Made by a program: the position numbers and the translations under genes. Shown in pieces: positions 41,526-53,468 of a stretch of DNA of 64,000 nt (the stretch's first letter is position 1; every line of letters begins with the position of its first letter). The stretch covers positions 26,414,001-26,478,000 of the forward strand of contig NC_087251.1 of NCBI RefSeq assembly GCF_037042905.1. The letters run 5' to 3'. The notes under the pieces are model-generated. The model worked only from the letters and a program-made list of their open reading frames with translations, was not told the origin of the DNA and did not search any database. This DNA comes from Lytechinus pictus. Lineage: Eukaryota.

Positions 41526-42445
41526 AAATGGTTCCCGAACATTCGGGAGTCGTTGAGGGCACTATGATGCTAATAATTTGTTATCAGTAGAGTTCAATCT
41601 CATTATATTGATTGATTGTTGATTTGTTTTATATTTTATGCATCCATAAATAGATACATGTATTAACAATCAATAAAAAGATAGACAATTAAGGTAAACA
41701 AAATTGATGTTCTGATTTTTTTTAAATAAAAAAATACCTGTAAATATATCAAGATACTATTTTAACTGGCACATCCCAAGTGGATTTAACCCTCTGATCT
41801 GTGTATTAACATACAGATCAGTGATTTACCCCCCCCCCCCCCCCTGTTCAGAACGGATTTATGACACTGTAATAAATTAACCAAAAAACAACAACAATTT
41901 ATATAGGTGGTAAAAGAAGAAGACAAAGTCATAAGAGGTGGATAAAATCCACCTCTCTCTATGTGACAAGTGGATAAACAAGGATAAGTCACAAGGGGGC
42001 GCTAGACTACTTATCTTGTAGGAACGCATACTGTACCTCTCATCGCGGGACTTATCGATGGCTGAATTAGCATAATGTAGTTTGTTTTGAATTCAAAGCG
42101 CGATACAATCTTTGAATGAGGCCCACCGAAATCACTGGCTAATGTCGAGGTAGCCCTATTTTTACCTTAGAGTTTATCACTCAAAGAATGGGTCGAATAA
42201 TTGATATTTTGAAATAATGACAACCCCCCCCCCGCCCCCCCCAAAAAAAAAAGGAATAAAAAATAGAATAAAGACAAAATATTACGACTTCAAAATTTGT
42301 GAATAAACAGAGGGGACGAACAATGTTGAAAGTATAACCACTAAACGAACCATAATTAAGTTACAGGGCAGTAGGCAGGATACGACGGGGTTCTGAATTA
42401 TAAAAAGTGAACCTTTCATAGATTCGGATCCAGCTTTTGCTGAAG

Positions 42446-42683
42446 CAGGGGCAGATCTAGCTTTTTTCAAGGAGGGGGTTTGACCGAGAAATTTGACACG
42501 AAAGAAGGGTGTGTGTAGGGGGGGGGGGGGGCTTCACTACAAAATGAAGGTCATGTAATTTGGTACAGATACATTTTTTGGGGGGTTTGGCTCCAAAATG
42601 TAGGTCATTGCGTTTTTTCACTTGGCAGCCCAAGGGGGAGGGGTTTAAACCCCTTACCCCCCCCCCCCGTAGATCCACCACTG
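42446..42683. mobile_element. hAT-like MITE (CAGGGGC(A/G)GATC family)
   Basis: caggggcagatcta ... tagatccaccactg; same terminal motif as 47595-47805. TSD not clear. Confidence 0.6.
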
Positions 42684-44144
42684 CGGAAATATTTTCCCCC
42701 ATCGGCAACTTAAAGCTAACTGAAGAATGAAATTGTTTATATATCTTAACTTTATTCTTGGATAAGGTATTTCATAAACATAAATCAGAAATAATGCAAA
42801 CACGAGCTAAAATTGTTGGATGTGACATGCATTCAGACTTGAAAATTAAAAATTCTGGGCAATGTTTGTAATCATGGTCAACTTGCGTAATGCAAGCGCG
42901 AAATGCGAAGTTTCTATAAAAAAAAATCGGCTCGTGCCTTGCGCTCGCATTAATTGTTGAAAATGTATTAACCTACCAGTATGCATCCTATTCTTAATTT
43001 TTAAAATGCAAATTACAAAATTTCCAGTTTTCAGACAGCAAATTTCCCTTAATTTCGCGCTTTCATATAGAACTATTAGATGGGATAATATCCTTTCATA
43101 AATTCCTAATTCCTAAATTCTTAGAAAACCCAATCGGGGGGGGGGGGTGGATGGCATCCCCTCATTATGCTGGACCCACTTCTGATAAACAATAATTTAA
43201 AGATATATATATATATTTTTTTGCAATTTTATCATGAATTTCACGAATAGTTTTGATTTTTTTTGTATGCAATAGAGGGCTGAGGGGCGCTTGCCCCCCC
43301 CCCCCAAAAAAAAAATAACGGCCAAGAAAGACAGAGAGAGAAAAAAAGGAAAGGGGGAAGGTGAATGGGCCTATATTATGTCACAATCTATCACAAAATT
43401 AGATTTTTTTTGGTAATAAAAGTGCCTAATTTTTTGCTCGCTCGCAACTTTTTCCCCTTAAATTTGGCTCGATCAATACGCCATATCTGGCTTCTATATT
43501 ATCATTATTATTATTTTTGCCTGATTGCATGCACAAATTTTCGTTTATTTCCCTTTAAAGTTTCAATAGTCGGTGATGGTGACGTTCGTTATCCCGAAAC
43601 ACGCAAATGCAGGGAAGTGAGAGTCAGACCTGTTTCATGTAGGCTATATATGCACCACGATGTGATCGTTAGTCCGAAAGAAACTTTATTCTGTTCATTA
43701 GAATCGTTGTGTATCATTGATCTCAAGGTTCATTATTCCGAAGGTTCCAATTATAGTCCAAATAAATAAATAAAAATAATATAAAATGCGAAAACAGAAA
43801 AGGAGGCGTGGTGGTTGGGGATGGGACATTGATACACTAGTGGGGGTTTAGGAATGATGTAGCCTACCCAGTAAAAAATATAAAGAAATAAAAAAAAAAT
43901 AGGAGAGAAAATAGGCACGACGAGAAAATGGGCGACAGCCTCCCACCAATAATTTCATTTAAAAAAATCTATCCTATATCTCAATATAGGTTCTCATTAC
44001 ACAGTGGCTTCCAAAATCATAATACTGGGCTGGGCGAGTGATTGTGATGAGGATGGTTAATCAAATAGGATTCACATCAGGAACATCACTACAAAAAACA
44101 TAAAATACATATAATTTTTGACAAGGACATTCCCTTGTTAAAAG

Positions 44145-44366
44145 TCCAACGTGTTCTGTGCCCCTTTCATATGAGAAGAACCCGTTGTAAACTTTCTCGA
44201 ATCAGTGCCCCTTTTTACCCAATAAAAGTGCCCCTCACGAACGTGTTCTGTGTCCCTTTCACATGGGAAGGACCATTTTATGTTTTAACGGTTAACGATA
44301 TGTCCCCTTGCCTTCTTGTAAACTTTCTCGAATCAGTGCCCCTTTTTACCCAATAAAAGTGCCCCT
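44145..44366. repeat. Local direct duplication (~50-nt identical blocks ~130 bp apart)
   Basis: ttgtaaactttctcgaatcagtgcccctttttacccaataaaagtgcccctc at ~44185 and ~44316. Confidence 0.8.
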
Positions 44367-45289
44367 CTTTTTTCTTTTGATAACGAAATTCACCCCTTTT
44401 AGCCTCTAATTAAATTCCATAATCTTTTGATAAATGCCCCTTTCTTTTCTAGTTTGTTCAAAATGTTATGTCATGGATTATGGAAAAATACACATATTAA
44501 TGATTAAGACACATTGCCCCCAAAAAATTTGTCAACAGGAACAGCCAGCGTTTGCAATACTTTGGCAATTCCCTTAAAGAAACAGCATCATTGGTAAGAA
44601 ACAAGAAAACAATATTCTCATTTTTACTGTTACTAGCTAGGCCTACTTATTGTGGAAAAATACTTGGGGTTAGATAAGTAATTTTTTTCTTCGATAATTC
44701 CCTTTTCGAAAGAAAATGTGCCTTTTCCCCCCTGTGCCTCCCCTTTTTCAACTTTGCTCCGCCGGGGGGGGGGGGGGTTAAGTCTGACAAAAAGATGAAG
44801 TCGACGTCGACCCCCGCGGTGACGACCATTATCGCCTTTGACCATCAACCGGGACGCAACCGGGACCATATATCCATGGACTCTACCTGAAGGAAAGTAA
44901 AGGGGGGGGGCAATTCGTTCTTTTCCAGCGATGTGGCCATAGGATCTAAAGGCCGATATTTTACACAAGCACAGTGGAGTGTTTTCTTTTTATTTCAAAC
45001 AAAAAATACATTTCAGACATGTCGAAGCAAGTACTATTGGAATGCATTTTGATTGATGTTGACATGTTCACAGTGAACCTTGTTTACATCTTGACTCACA
45101 CTGCCTCATCACCGTAAAGTAATGAATTCCCGAATAAATTAGTTCTAAAATTTAGGAATAAATCACCGATTTCATCTTAAGATACCTTTTATATATATCT
45201 TTTGAATAATAATTAGTTGTCTTTAATTGTGAAAAATTACTCGTGGCTTCTATTACGGTCATAATACGAGCATTGTTTTTTTAGTCATC

Positions 45290-45437
45290 CGACTCATACA
45301 CGCGGAGCGATAAAAGACAGCTCCGCCCATTGAACACACGTGGGTAAGTCGCGTGGCGTTGTTTACACCGCCATATTGCACAGGAATACGGAATAATCGG
45401 AAGACTTCTCGGTGGAGATCGAACATTATTATTCACA
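45290..45437 (+). promoter_or_regulatory. max: Max promoter / 5' UTR region
   Basis: Local CpG enrichment; GC box CCGCCC at 45323-45328; E-box CACGTG at 45337-45342; YY1-like CGCCATATT at ~45369; all directly upstream of the ATG. Confidence 0.6.
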
Positions 45438-45476
45438 ATGAGCGATGATGACAGGGACATCGACGTTGAGAGTGAC
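45438..45476 (+). CDS. max: Max (MYC-associated factor X) coding exon 1
   Basis: ATG AGC GAT GAT GAC AGG GAC ATC GAC GTT GAG AGT GAC = MSDDDRDIDVESD, followed by donor GTAAGC (phase 0). Closely matches vertebrate Max exon 1 (MSDNDDIEVESD), including the intron position after ...VESD. Confidence 0.9.
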
Positions 45477-45572
45477 GTAAGCTAAACTCCTCGATACAAA
45501 ATTGCAACATTTGGTACATCTTGTGCCCAGTTAATCAATGTTAGTCGTATTTTTGTTCTCTTCTTTTTGCAG

Positions 45573-45611
45573 GACGAATTAAACGATGGTGAACCGGACA
45601 ATCGCACACAG
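45573..45611 (+). CDS. max: Max coding exon 2 (39-nt micro-exon, DELNDGEPDNRTQ)
   Basis: Follows a 96-nt intron with a strong polypyrimidine acceptor (ttctcttctttttgcAG). Gives 13 in-frame codons, then donor CAG|GTTGGT, phase 0-0. Positionally equivalent to the short exon 2 of vertebrate Max. Confidence 0.8.
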
Positions 45612-47594
45612 GTTGGTACACATGACACATGTATATACTACATGGGATCATAGTATATTGTGTACGTACGGCGTGTACATGTATACGCTGAGTGAATTGT
45701 GTAGCTTGTCAACGCACTTTGCACACGTGTGAAACAGCAATCGGGTGTTTTCGTTGGTACTGTGCGTGTGTGTGTGTGTTGAATGCTGCAGTCGGTCTTG
45801 GTTTTTGACCTGGCTGTAGGCCCTTTATATATAGTGTAACTGTCTAACTTGGTAATTTCCAGTACACTGCAGTGTTATGGGGAAGGGCGATTTCAATGAT
45901 CAGTGACCAATTTAGACCATTGAAATAAATGATCTTGATGAATATCACAATGATCATAATGTCTAGAACTAGTAGAAGTAGAAAAGTAGAAAAACAAATA
46001 TAACATTGAGCTCAACCTGATTCAATTTGAGCTAGACTAGGCCACTCATTCAATGAACGAATCAGGGACAACTCGGACCACGGGACAACTCGGACCGCGG
46101 GCCGAGTTGTCCCACCCATTACGAGATTTTTTTTTCCACAAATTTGCGTCTATTTTCCCGTCATTTCGTAATTTCTTGTAAAGATTTTCTAGAGATATGG
46201 TCTGATGGTAATGTTCTTCACTTTCTATTCCTTTTTTTTTCGCTGAAATTAAAAAAAAGTGTAATTTTAGGCGTTTTTCGACAGCTCGCGATTCCCATAG
46301 GCGCGCGTGTATTAACTGTGTCGGTGCTCGGCTCGGCCCCACTCAACAACTGACTTGATTTTGTGATCATTTCTCCTCAAGTTACCACTTTTATCGCAGA
46401 AGATGGACATTCTTGTATTCCATTAACTCCATTTTCTCATCACAAGAATAAAATTTGGTGCATTTGCACGATTTTGTTAAAGTTTTTCACCTTTTCTCTC
46501 TGGTCGCAAGGAGCGAACAACCGATGAACGGTCCGCTGCTCTTCATCGCAATTCTACGTAGCTCGGCCGCCTAAACTGGCGGGGTGGGATTCAGCCCGAA
46601 TCCCCAAATGGAAGTGGGCGTGCACAGTCAAAGAGCTGAGCTTGACTGAGTGAGAGAGTGAACTAGAGCTTGAAGCTTGGCAGTGTCGTATAGGCTCTGC
46701 CTTTTTTTTGTAAATATTTATATATATTTTTTTATTTTTTCTATTTTTATTTTCCCTGGTGTAGAGCTTTAAGATAATAATTTAATATACTTCAATTTCT
46801 TTGACTGAGTGTGACTGTGGTGTGGATGTTTGAGTCGCACAAAAAAATACTTTTACGTGGGTGGGGGCTCGGGGCGATTCACTCCTGCCCCCGAAATGTG
46901 AAAAAATATTCGCAGTGTAGATGTGTGGGCATGCCGGGCTGAGGGTAGCCATCAATAATAAATGTTTATTTGGGGGCTTAATTTTTTACTTCAAATTGAT
47001 TATTTTTAGACCTATTTTTTTTTTCATTTTATTTATTTTTTTTATATTGAGTGTCCCTGGTGTAGAGAGCTGAGTTTTAAGTTGTAATAATCAATATGCT
47101 TCAATTTCTTTGACTTTGAGTGTGACTGTGGTGTGGATGTTTGAGTCGCACAAAAAATACTTTTACGTTGGTGGGGGCTCGGGGCGATTTCACTCCTGCC
47201 CCCGAAATGTGAAAAAATAAATATTCGGGGTGTAGCTGTGTGGGCATGCCGGGATGTGGGTAGCCATCAATAAAACATGTTTTATTTGGGGGCTTAATTT
47301 GAAATTAAATTATTATTTTTTATTTTTTACAGGATTTAAAACAAAATGATGTAATTTATTGTGCCCCTTTCCATTCCTCGTTTTTTCCCTGATTTACTTT
47401 CTTTAATTTCATTTCTTGGTCTTAAGGGTGGATGTCAGGCTGCCGGGGTGGAATTCAGCCGGAATTGCCAATGGAAGTGGACGTACCTGCACAGTCGTGA
47501 GCTTGGAGACTGAAGCCTTGCCCTATACAGTTGTGAACATTTTTTTCAATCAAGTTTTAGGGCCACTCGGTGTTATTCCCATTTGAAATATAAT

Positions 47595-47805
47595 CAGGGG
47601 CGGATCCAGCATTTCCCTACAGGGCCAGGGGGGCATTTTGTATAGGAATTTTTTGACAAAAAGTCTTCACTGCCAAATCATAGTAATTTGTTTCCCCCAG
47701 GAAAAATTTGACAAGCAAAAAAAAAAAAGGTTCTCAGTTGCCTTTTGAGTACCTCTCAAGGGGGAGAGGCCGAATGTGCAACCCCCCCCCCCTGATTCGC
47801 CACTG
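47595..47805. mobile_element. hAT-like MITE within the foldback middle
   Basis: caggggcggatcc ... gattcgccactg. Confidence 0.65.
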
Positions 47806-48769
47806 GAACTAATGTCCATTTCATTTAGTTTGTAATTTTTTACAGGAGGAAAGAATGGAGTAAGAAGTTTTGTGTTTTGTATTTTTACCAATTATTGTTT
47901 ATTCAAAGTAAAACGTATTTAAGTTAGTATTGTTCCAAAATGCATCACTAATCTTAATTAACTTGTTTAAATTTTAAATGTAAGCCTGAATAATAATGAA
48001 TTGTTAACTTTGAATAAATAGAAATATACATGTATATGTCATATTCTGTAAATTGTAATATTTTCAAATCATATTTTATCTCCATTCTTATCTAATCATT
48101 GTCTCCCTTTCTCATTATGTTCATCACTCTTCAATTAAATTTATATTCTATTACTGGTATAAAAAAAAGCCAACAATACTAAACACTGATACATCGATCA
48201 ATAAAAAAAACAAAGAAAAAGAGGGAAAATACAAAGAAATGACAGGTACATGGAGGGCCCAGGCCGGGGGTAACGACAAATCATGCTTGTCTGGGTATTA
48301 AAAACAGGAGAAGGGTGGTCAATACAATATTGCAAATAGAAACTATGAAGTGGGTTTTGTTTTTATCAAATAATATTTGCAGTTCCTTTGGAGTGATGTT
48401 GTTTTTGTTTTTCTTTAATAGAATATCACCCATTCTAGAAAACTGAACTTTGTATCTAACACTTAGTTGCCCTAGTGTTGTTTTCCAATCTACATTTTCT
48501 AGTTCCTGGTATCATGATTATGGATGTAATCATTTAAGGTGTACCAGTTAGAAAATTTTTGACTTTTTGTATATATTTACATAAATTATGCAAGTTGCAG
48601 GTCACGTGGTTGATAAATTGTTGACACAAGCATTAGCTCTATGATCACCTTCTCAATGACTCTTAAGACAAGCTTCTGTAACAATAAAATTATTGTATTT
48701 ACTAGATAATTTGAACAACTTGAACAAATTGTGGCAATATTATTTAATAAGTTATATATCAGTGATAAT

Positions 48770-49116
48770 GGGGTACTCCAGGCTGAAAATGATATGATTT
48801 GAACAAAGAAAACATTAAAAATTTGATCAAAATCGGATAAGGAATAACAAAATTATCGCTGCATTTTAAAGAATGATTTGCATTATTCTGGTGAAACAGG
48901 TCTGGCGTGTCTTCATGGATATTCAATAAGCAAGCTTATGATGTCACATCCTCACTTTTATTATATGAAATTAGATTGATTAATTTTTAAATGTTAAATT
49001 CAATAACCCCGCTATTTGATGTCAGATTTTAATGAAATAAGCACTTTGATATATGAATGTTACTATATCAAAGTGCTTATTTCATTAAACATTTTCATCC
49101 CGGAGCATCCCTTTAA
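48770..49116. mobile_element. Decayed Kolobok-like MITE within the foldback middle
   Basis: ggggtactccaggctgaaaat ... attttcatcccggagcatccctTTAA. Confidence 0.6.
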
Positions 49117-49206
49117 ATGATTTATTTATTATTTCTGTTTTCTCAAGAAAGAGTGGTCTCTTTAATAAAAAAAAACTGAGTTAAGTAGAGAGCCCTGTAA
49201 TGATAC

Positions 49207-49572
49207 AACAAGTGGAACGTCACTGGCAGTCTCACCTGACACCTGCATTACACGATTCAATATAGCAGCAGTGCCCGGGAGCAGTGCAGACTTTGAAAAC
49301 TACTATAAAATAGTTATTCAACAAATACCCCCACATGGCCAAAGTTAATTGACATTGAATGACCTTTGACCTTGGTCATGTGACCTGAAACTCGCTGCAG
49401 GATGTTCAGTGATACTTGATTAATCTTATGTCCAAGTTTCATGAACTATGTCCAAATACTTTCTAAGTTATGCTGTCATTTCATAAACTTATTCGGTTAA
49501 GATTTGATGTTGACACTGCCGTCGGAAAAGCGGCGCCTATATAGTCTCACTGCGATCCAGGTGAGACAAAAA
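49207..49572. mobile_element. HINE-like element within the foldback middle
   Basis: aacaag start; subterminal IR gtctcacctg ... caggtgagac; terminal hairpin gtctcac...gtgagac followed by an A-run; tgacctttgacct core shared with 23441-24266. Confidence 0.7.
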
Positions 49573-50469
49573 TCATGATACAGTGATGAAAAATAAAGTA
49601 AAATAAATTTAATAAAAAAGAAAAACCACATGCTATATAAAAGAAATGAAATTCAAAATCATAAATTCGTCATTTTTATTGAATGAAGAATTTAATTTAT
49701 TGATAATTGGAAAAAATATTACCCCTATTTTCTTTCAATATAACCAAAATACGTGTAGGGCCTAGTGTGATTTTCATCACATAACATGATTTAGAACAAA
49801 AATCAAGCCATATTTTTGGGTTATCATGTGGGACAGAATCTTCATGACTGCATTCGTCGGACGGAATTTTCCTCTTAAATCCATCTCTGCCGGCTTTTCA
49901 CCTTCCCTCCCCATCACCCTCATCCCTATCATCATCCTCGTCCCTATCATCATCCCCATGGCCGGGCGGAAATCTGTCCCCAGGGGGGACCTGGGGCTGG
50001 AAAATTTGACAAGCATTAAAAAAAAGGTTATCGCCCAAAATGTAGGGTCATTTTATAACCCAAAAATAATTGACAAGAAAAAAAAGGGGGTTTTCAAAAA
50101 TAGAAGGTCATTAATTTAGTCCTAAATACATGTATTATTTCGATTGTGAATGATGTATTATTTTGTTCTCCATCATACAAGAAGAAAAATAGTAGGGTGG
50201 ACATTTGATATTGTGTCCCTTTACTATTTTTGGTAGGGGGACACGTCCCCCCCCCTGGGATTTCCTCCCATAATCATCCCCATCCCTCACACCCTTGTCC
50301 CTCTCACCATCTCCATGCACCCCTCTCATCATCCCCATCCCTCTCATCAAGAGTCATCATCCCCATCCCTCTTATCATTGCCATCTCTCACCTCCTCGTC
50401 CCTCTCATCATCAAGGCCCACCCCTCATCATCGCCATCCCTCACATCCTCGCCCCTCTCACCATCTCCA

Positions 50470-51612
50470 AAACTCGGCTCTCTACACCAGGGAAACTCAA
50501 TATAAAAATGAAATTGGCATGCCCACACAGATACACCTAGAACATTTTCACATTTCGGGGGCAGGAGTGAAGAGGCTCCGAGCCCCCATCCACGTATAAG
50601 TATTTTTTGAGCGACTCAAACATCCACACCACAGTCGCACTCAAAGTCAAAGAAATTGAAGCATATTGATTATTGCAACTTAAAACTCGGCGCTCTCTAC
50701 ACCAGGGAAACTCAATAAAAAAAAAAAAAAAAAAAAAAAAAATAGGCCTAAAAATAATCAATTTGAAGTTAAAAATTAAGCCCCCAAATAAACATTTATT
50801 ATTGATGGCTACCTCAGCCCGGCATGCCAACACATCTACACTGCGAATATTTTTTCACATTTCGGGGGCAGGAGTGAAATCGCCCCGAGCCCCCACCAAC
50901 GTAAAAGTATTTTTTGTGCGACTCAAACATCCACACCACAGTCACACTCAAAGTCAAAGAAATTGAAGCATATTGATTATTACAACTTAAAACTCGGCTC
51001 TCTACACCAGGGAAACTCAATAAAAAAAAAAAAAAAAAAAAAATAGGCCTAAAAATAATCAATTTGAAGTTAAAAATTAAGCCCCCAAATAAACATTTAT
51101 TATTGATGGCTACCTCAGCCCGGCATGCCAACACATCTACACTGCGAATATTTTTTCACATTTCGGGGGCAGGAGTGAAATCGCCCCGAGCCCCCACCAA
51201 AGTAAAAGTATTTTTTGTGCGACTCAAACATCCACACCACAGTCACACTCAAAGTCAAAGAAATTGAAGCATATTGATTATTACAACTTAAAACTCGGCT
51301 CTCTACACCAGGGACACTCAATATAAAAAAAATAAATAAAATGAAAAAAAAAATAGGCCTAAAAATAATCAATTTGAAGTAAAAAATTAAGCCCCCAAAT
51401 AAACATTTATTATTGATGGCTACCCTCAGCCCGGCATGCCAACACATCTACACTGCGAATATTTTTTCACATTTCGGGGGCAGGAGTGAATCGCCCCGAG
51501 CCCCCACCCACGTAAAAGTATTTTTTTGTGCGACTCAAACATCCACACCACAGTCACACTCAGTCAAAGAAATTGAAGTATATTAAATTATTATCTTAAA
51601 GCTCTACACCAG
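50470..51612. repeat. Tandem ~300-bp units in the right arm of the foldback element
   Basis: ctctacaccaggg anchors at ~50480, 50695, 50998, 51300 and 51602. Confidence 0.9.
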
Positions 51613-52809
51613 GGAAAATAAAAATAGAAAAAATAAAAAAATATATATAAATATTTACAAAAAAAAGGCAGAGCCTATACGACACTGCCAAGCTTCAAGC
51701 TCTAGTTCACTCTCTCACTCAGTCAAGCTCAGCTCTTTGACTGTGCACGCCCACTTCCATTTGGGGATTCGGGCTGAATCCCACCCCGCCAGTTTAGGCG
51801 GCCGAGCTACGTAGAATTGCGATGAAGAGCAGCGGACCGTTCATCGGTTGTTCGCTCCTTGCGACCAGAGAGAAAAGGTGAAAAACTTTAACAAAATCGT
51901 GCAAATGCACCAAATTTTATTCTTGTGATGAGAAAATGGAGTTAATGGAATACAAGAATGTCCATCTTCTGCGATAAAAGTGGTAACTTGAGGAGAAATG
52001 ATCACAAAATCAAGTCAGTTGTTGAGTGGGGCCGAGCCGAGCACCGACACAGTTAATACACGCGCGCCTATGGGAATCGCGAGCTGTCGAAAAACGCCTA
52101 AAATTACACTTTTTTTTAATTTCAGCGAAAAAAAAAGGAATAGAAAGTGAAGAACATTACCATCAGACCATATCTCTAGAAAATCTTTACAAGAAATTAC
52201 GAAATGACGGAAAAATAGACGCAAATTTGTGGAAAAAAAATCTCGTAATGGGTGGGACAACTCGGCCCGCGGTCCGAGATGTCCCGTGGTCCGAGTTGAC
52301 CCGACCCCCAATGAACAAGGTTATGATATAACCTTGTTCTCAGTATCTCCATGTGTGGCAAAATAAGGATGGCAATGTTTGGCTTATTTTCTCTTTTTCT
52401 TTGGGACAAATGCTTGATTTTTTACACTGACAGTTTCCATTACACACCTATTTGTCATACAACTTTGCCCTTAAGTAAATTTGATTCTTTAAATAATTTT
52501 TTTCTTAATTAAAAATAGAGATAAAAAATGAAAATTTTCTTGCCATATTAATTTTCCACCAATAGAGGGCGTACACAAAAATATGCCCAAAATTCAAGTT
52601 TTTGAGCGCTCTAGTGAATACAAAAATTATTCCCAAGTTACTTATGAAAAATAAATTGCAACTGTATGGAAATTAGTAATTTTGGTCACAAAAATGATAT
52701 TTTAATGATTTTTAAAGTGTGTGCTCTGTACAGCATTGGCATGCCATAGTCTTACCTGTAGATTCCCCACAGGCAGGGTGGTTGCAGTGAACAAGTGGAC
52801 CAGGCCTTA

Positions 52810-53468
52810 CCTCGAGCGAAGTTCGTGCAGGCTCCACTCCACTTCACTACCGCTACACTACGCTTCACCTACCCGAACTTCGAGACCATGAACTCGATCG
52901 GATATTCCGAGTGACAAAAGGTGGGATTTTATGGGGAGAAAATACAAAATTCATGCAACATCACGATCTTTAAAAACAAGTGCAACTAATATTCTTACTT
53001 TACACAAAGTTTCACTTCTTTTCCATGCTTCTATCAGTCTCAAAATTGATGATTTAGGGCCAACATGAAGTTCCTCACACGTATAAATATTAATGCGCTG
53101 CCGACTTCAAAACATCGCATGCGGGAGGTACCGGGTCTGGTCCGAGCTTGGACCCTCGCGCGCATGCGATGTTCTGAAATCGGCAGCGAATAATTACGTG
53201 TGAGGAACTTCATGTTGGCCCTAAATCATCAATTTTGAGATTGATAGAAGCATGGAAAAGAAGTGAAACTTTGTGTAAAGTAAGAATATTAGTTGCACTT
53301 GTTTTTAAAGATCGTGATGTTGCATGAATTTTGTATTTTCTCCCCATAAAATCCCACCTTTTGTCACTCGGAATATCCGATCGAGTTCATGGTCTCGAAG
53401 TTCGGGTAGGTGAAGCGTAGTGTAGCGGTAGTGAAGTGGAGTGGAGCCTGCACGAACTTCGCTCGAGG
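52810..53468. mobile_element. 659-bp almost fully palindromic MITE (TA TSD)
   Basis: TA|CCTCGAGCGAAGTTCGTGCAGG ... CCTGCACGAACTTCGCTCGAGG|TA; arms of ~315 bp with a short spacer near 53140. Confidence 0.92.

Larger units (their letters stand above)
46059..52308. mobile_element. 6.25-kb foldback-type DNA transposon with ~1.15-kb TIRs and 8-bp TSD, in Max intron 2
   Basis: CAATGAAC|gaatcagggacaactcggacc ... ggtccgagttgacccgacccc|CAATGAAC; 46065-~47215 is a near-perfect reverse complement of ~51150-52302. Confidence 0.92.

Noticed and set aside
45343..45384. Consensus donor G|GTAAGT upstream of the Max ATG, paired with cacAG
   Set aside because: The implied intron is only ~40 nt, too short; more likely promoter sequence.
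50135..51447. Cluster of ~70-110-aa ORFs with repeated peptides
   Set aside because: Products of the CATC-rich tract and the ~300-bp tandem units of the foldback arm; poly-A-derived poly-K/F.
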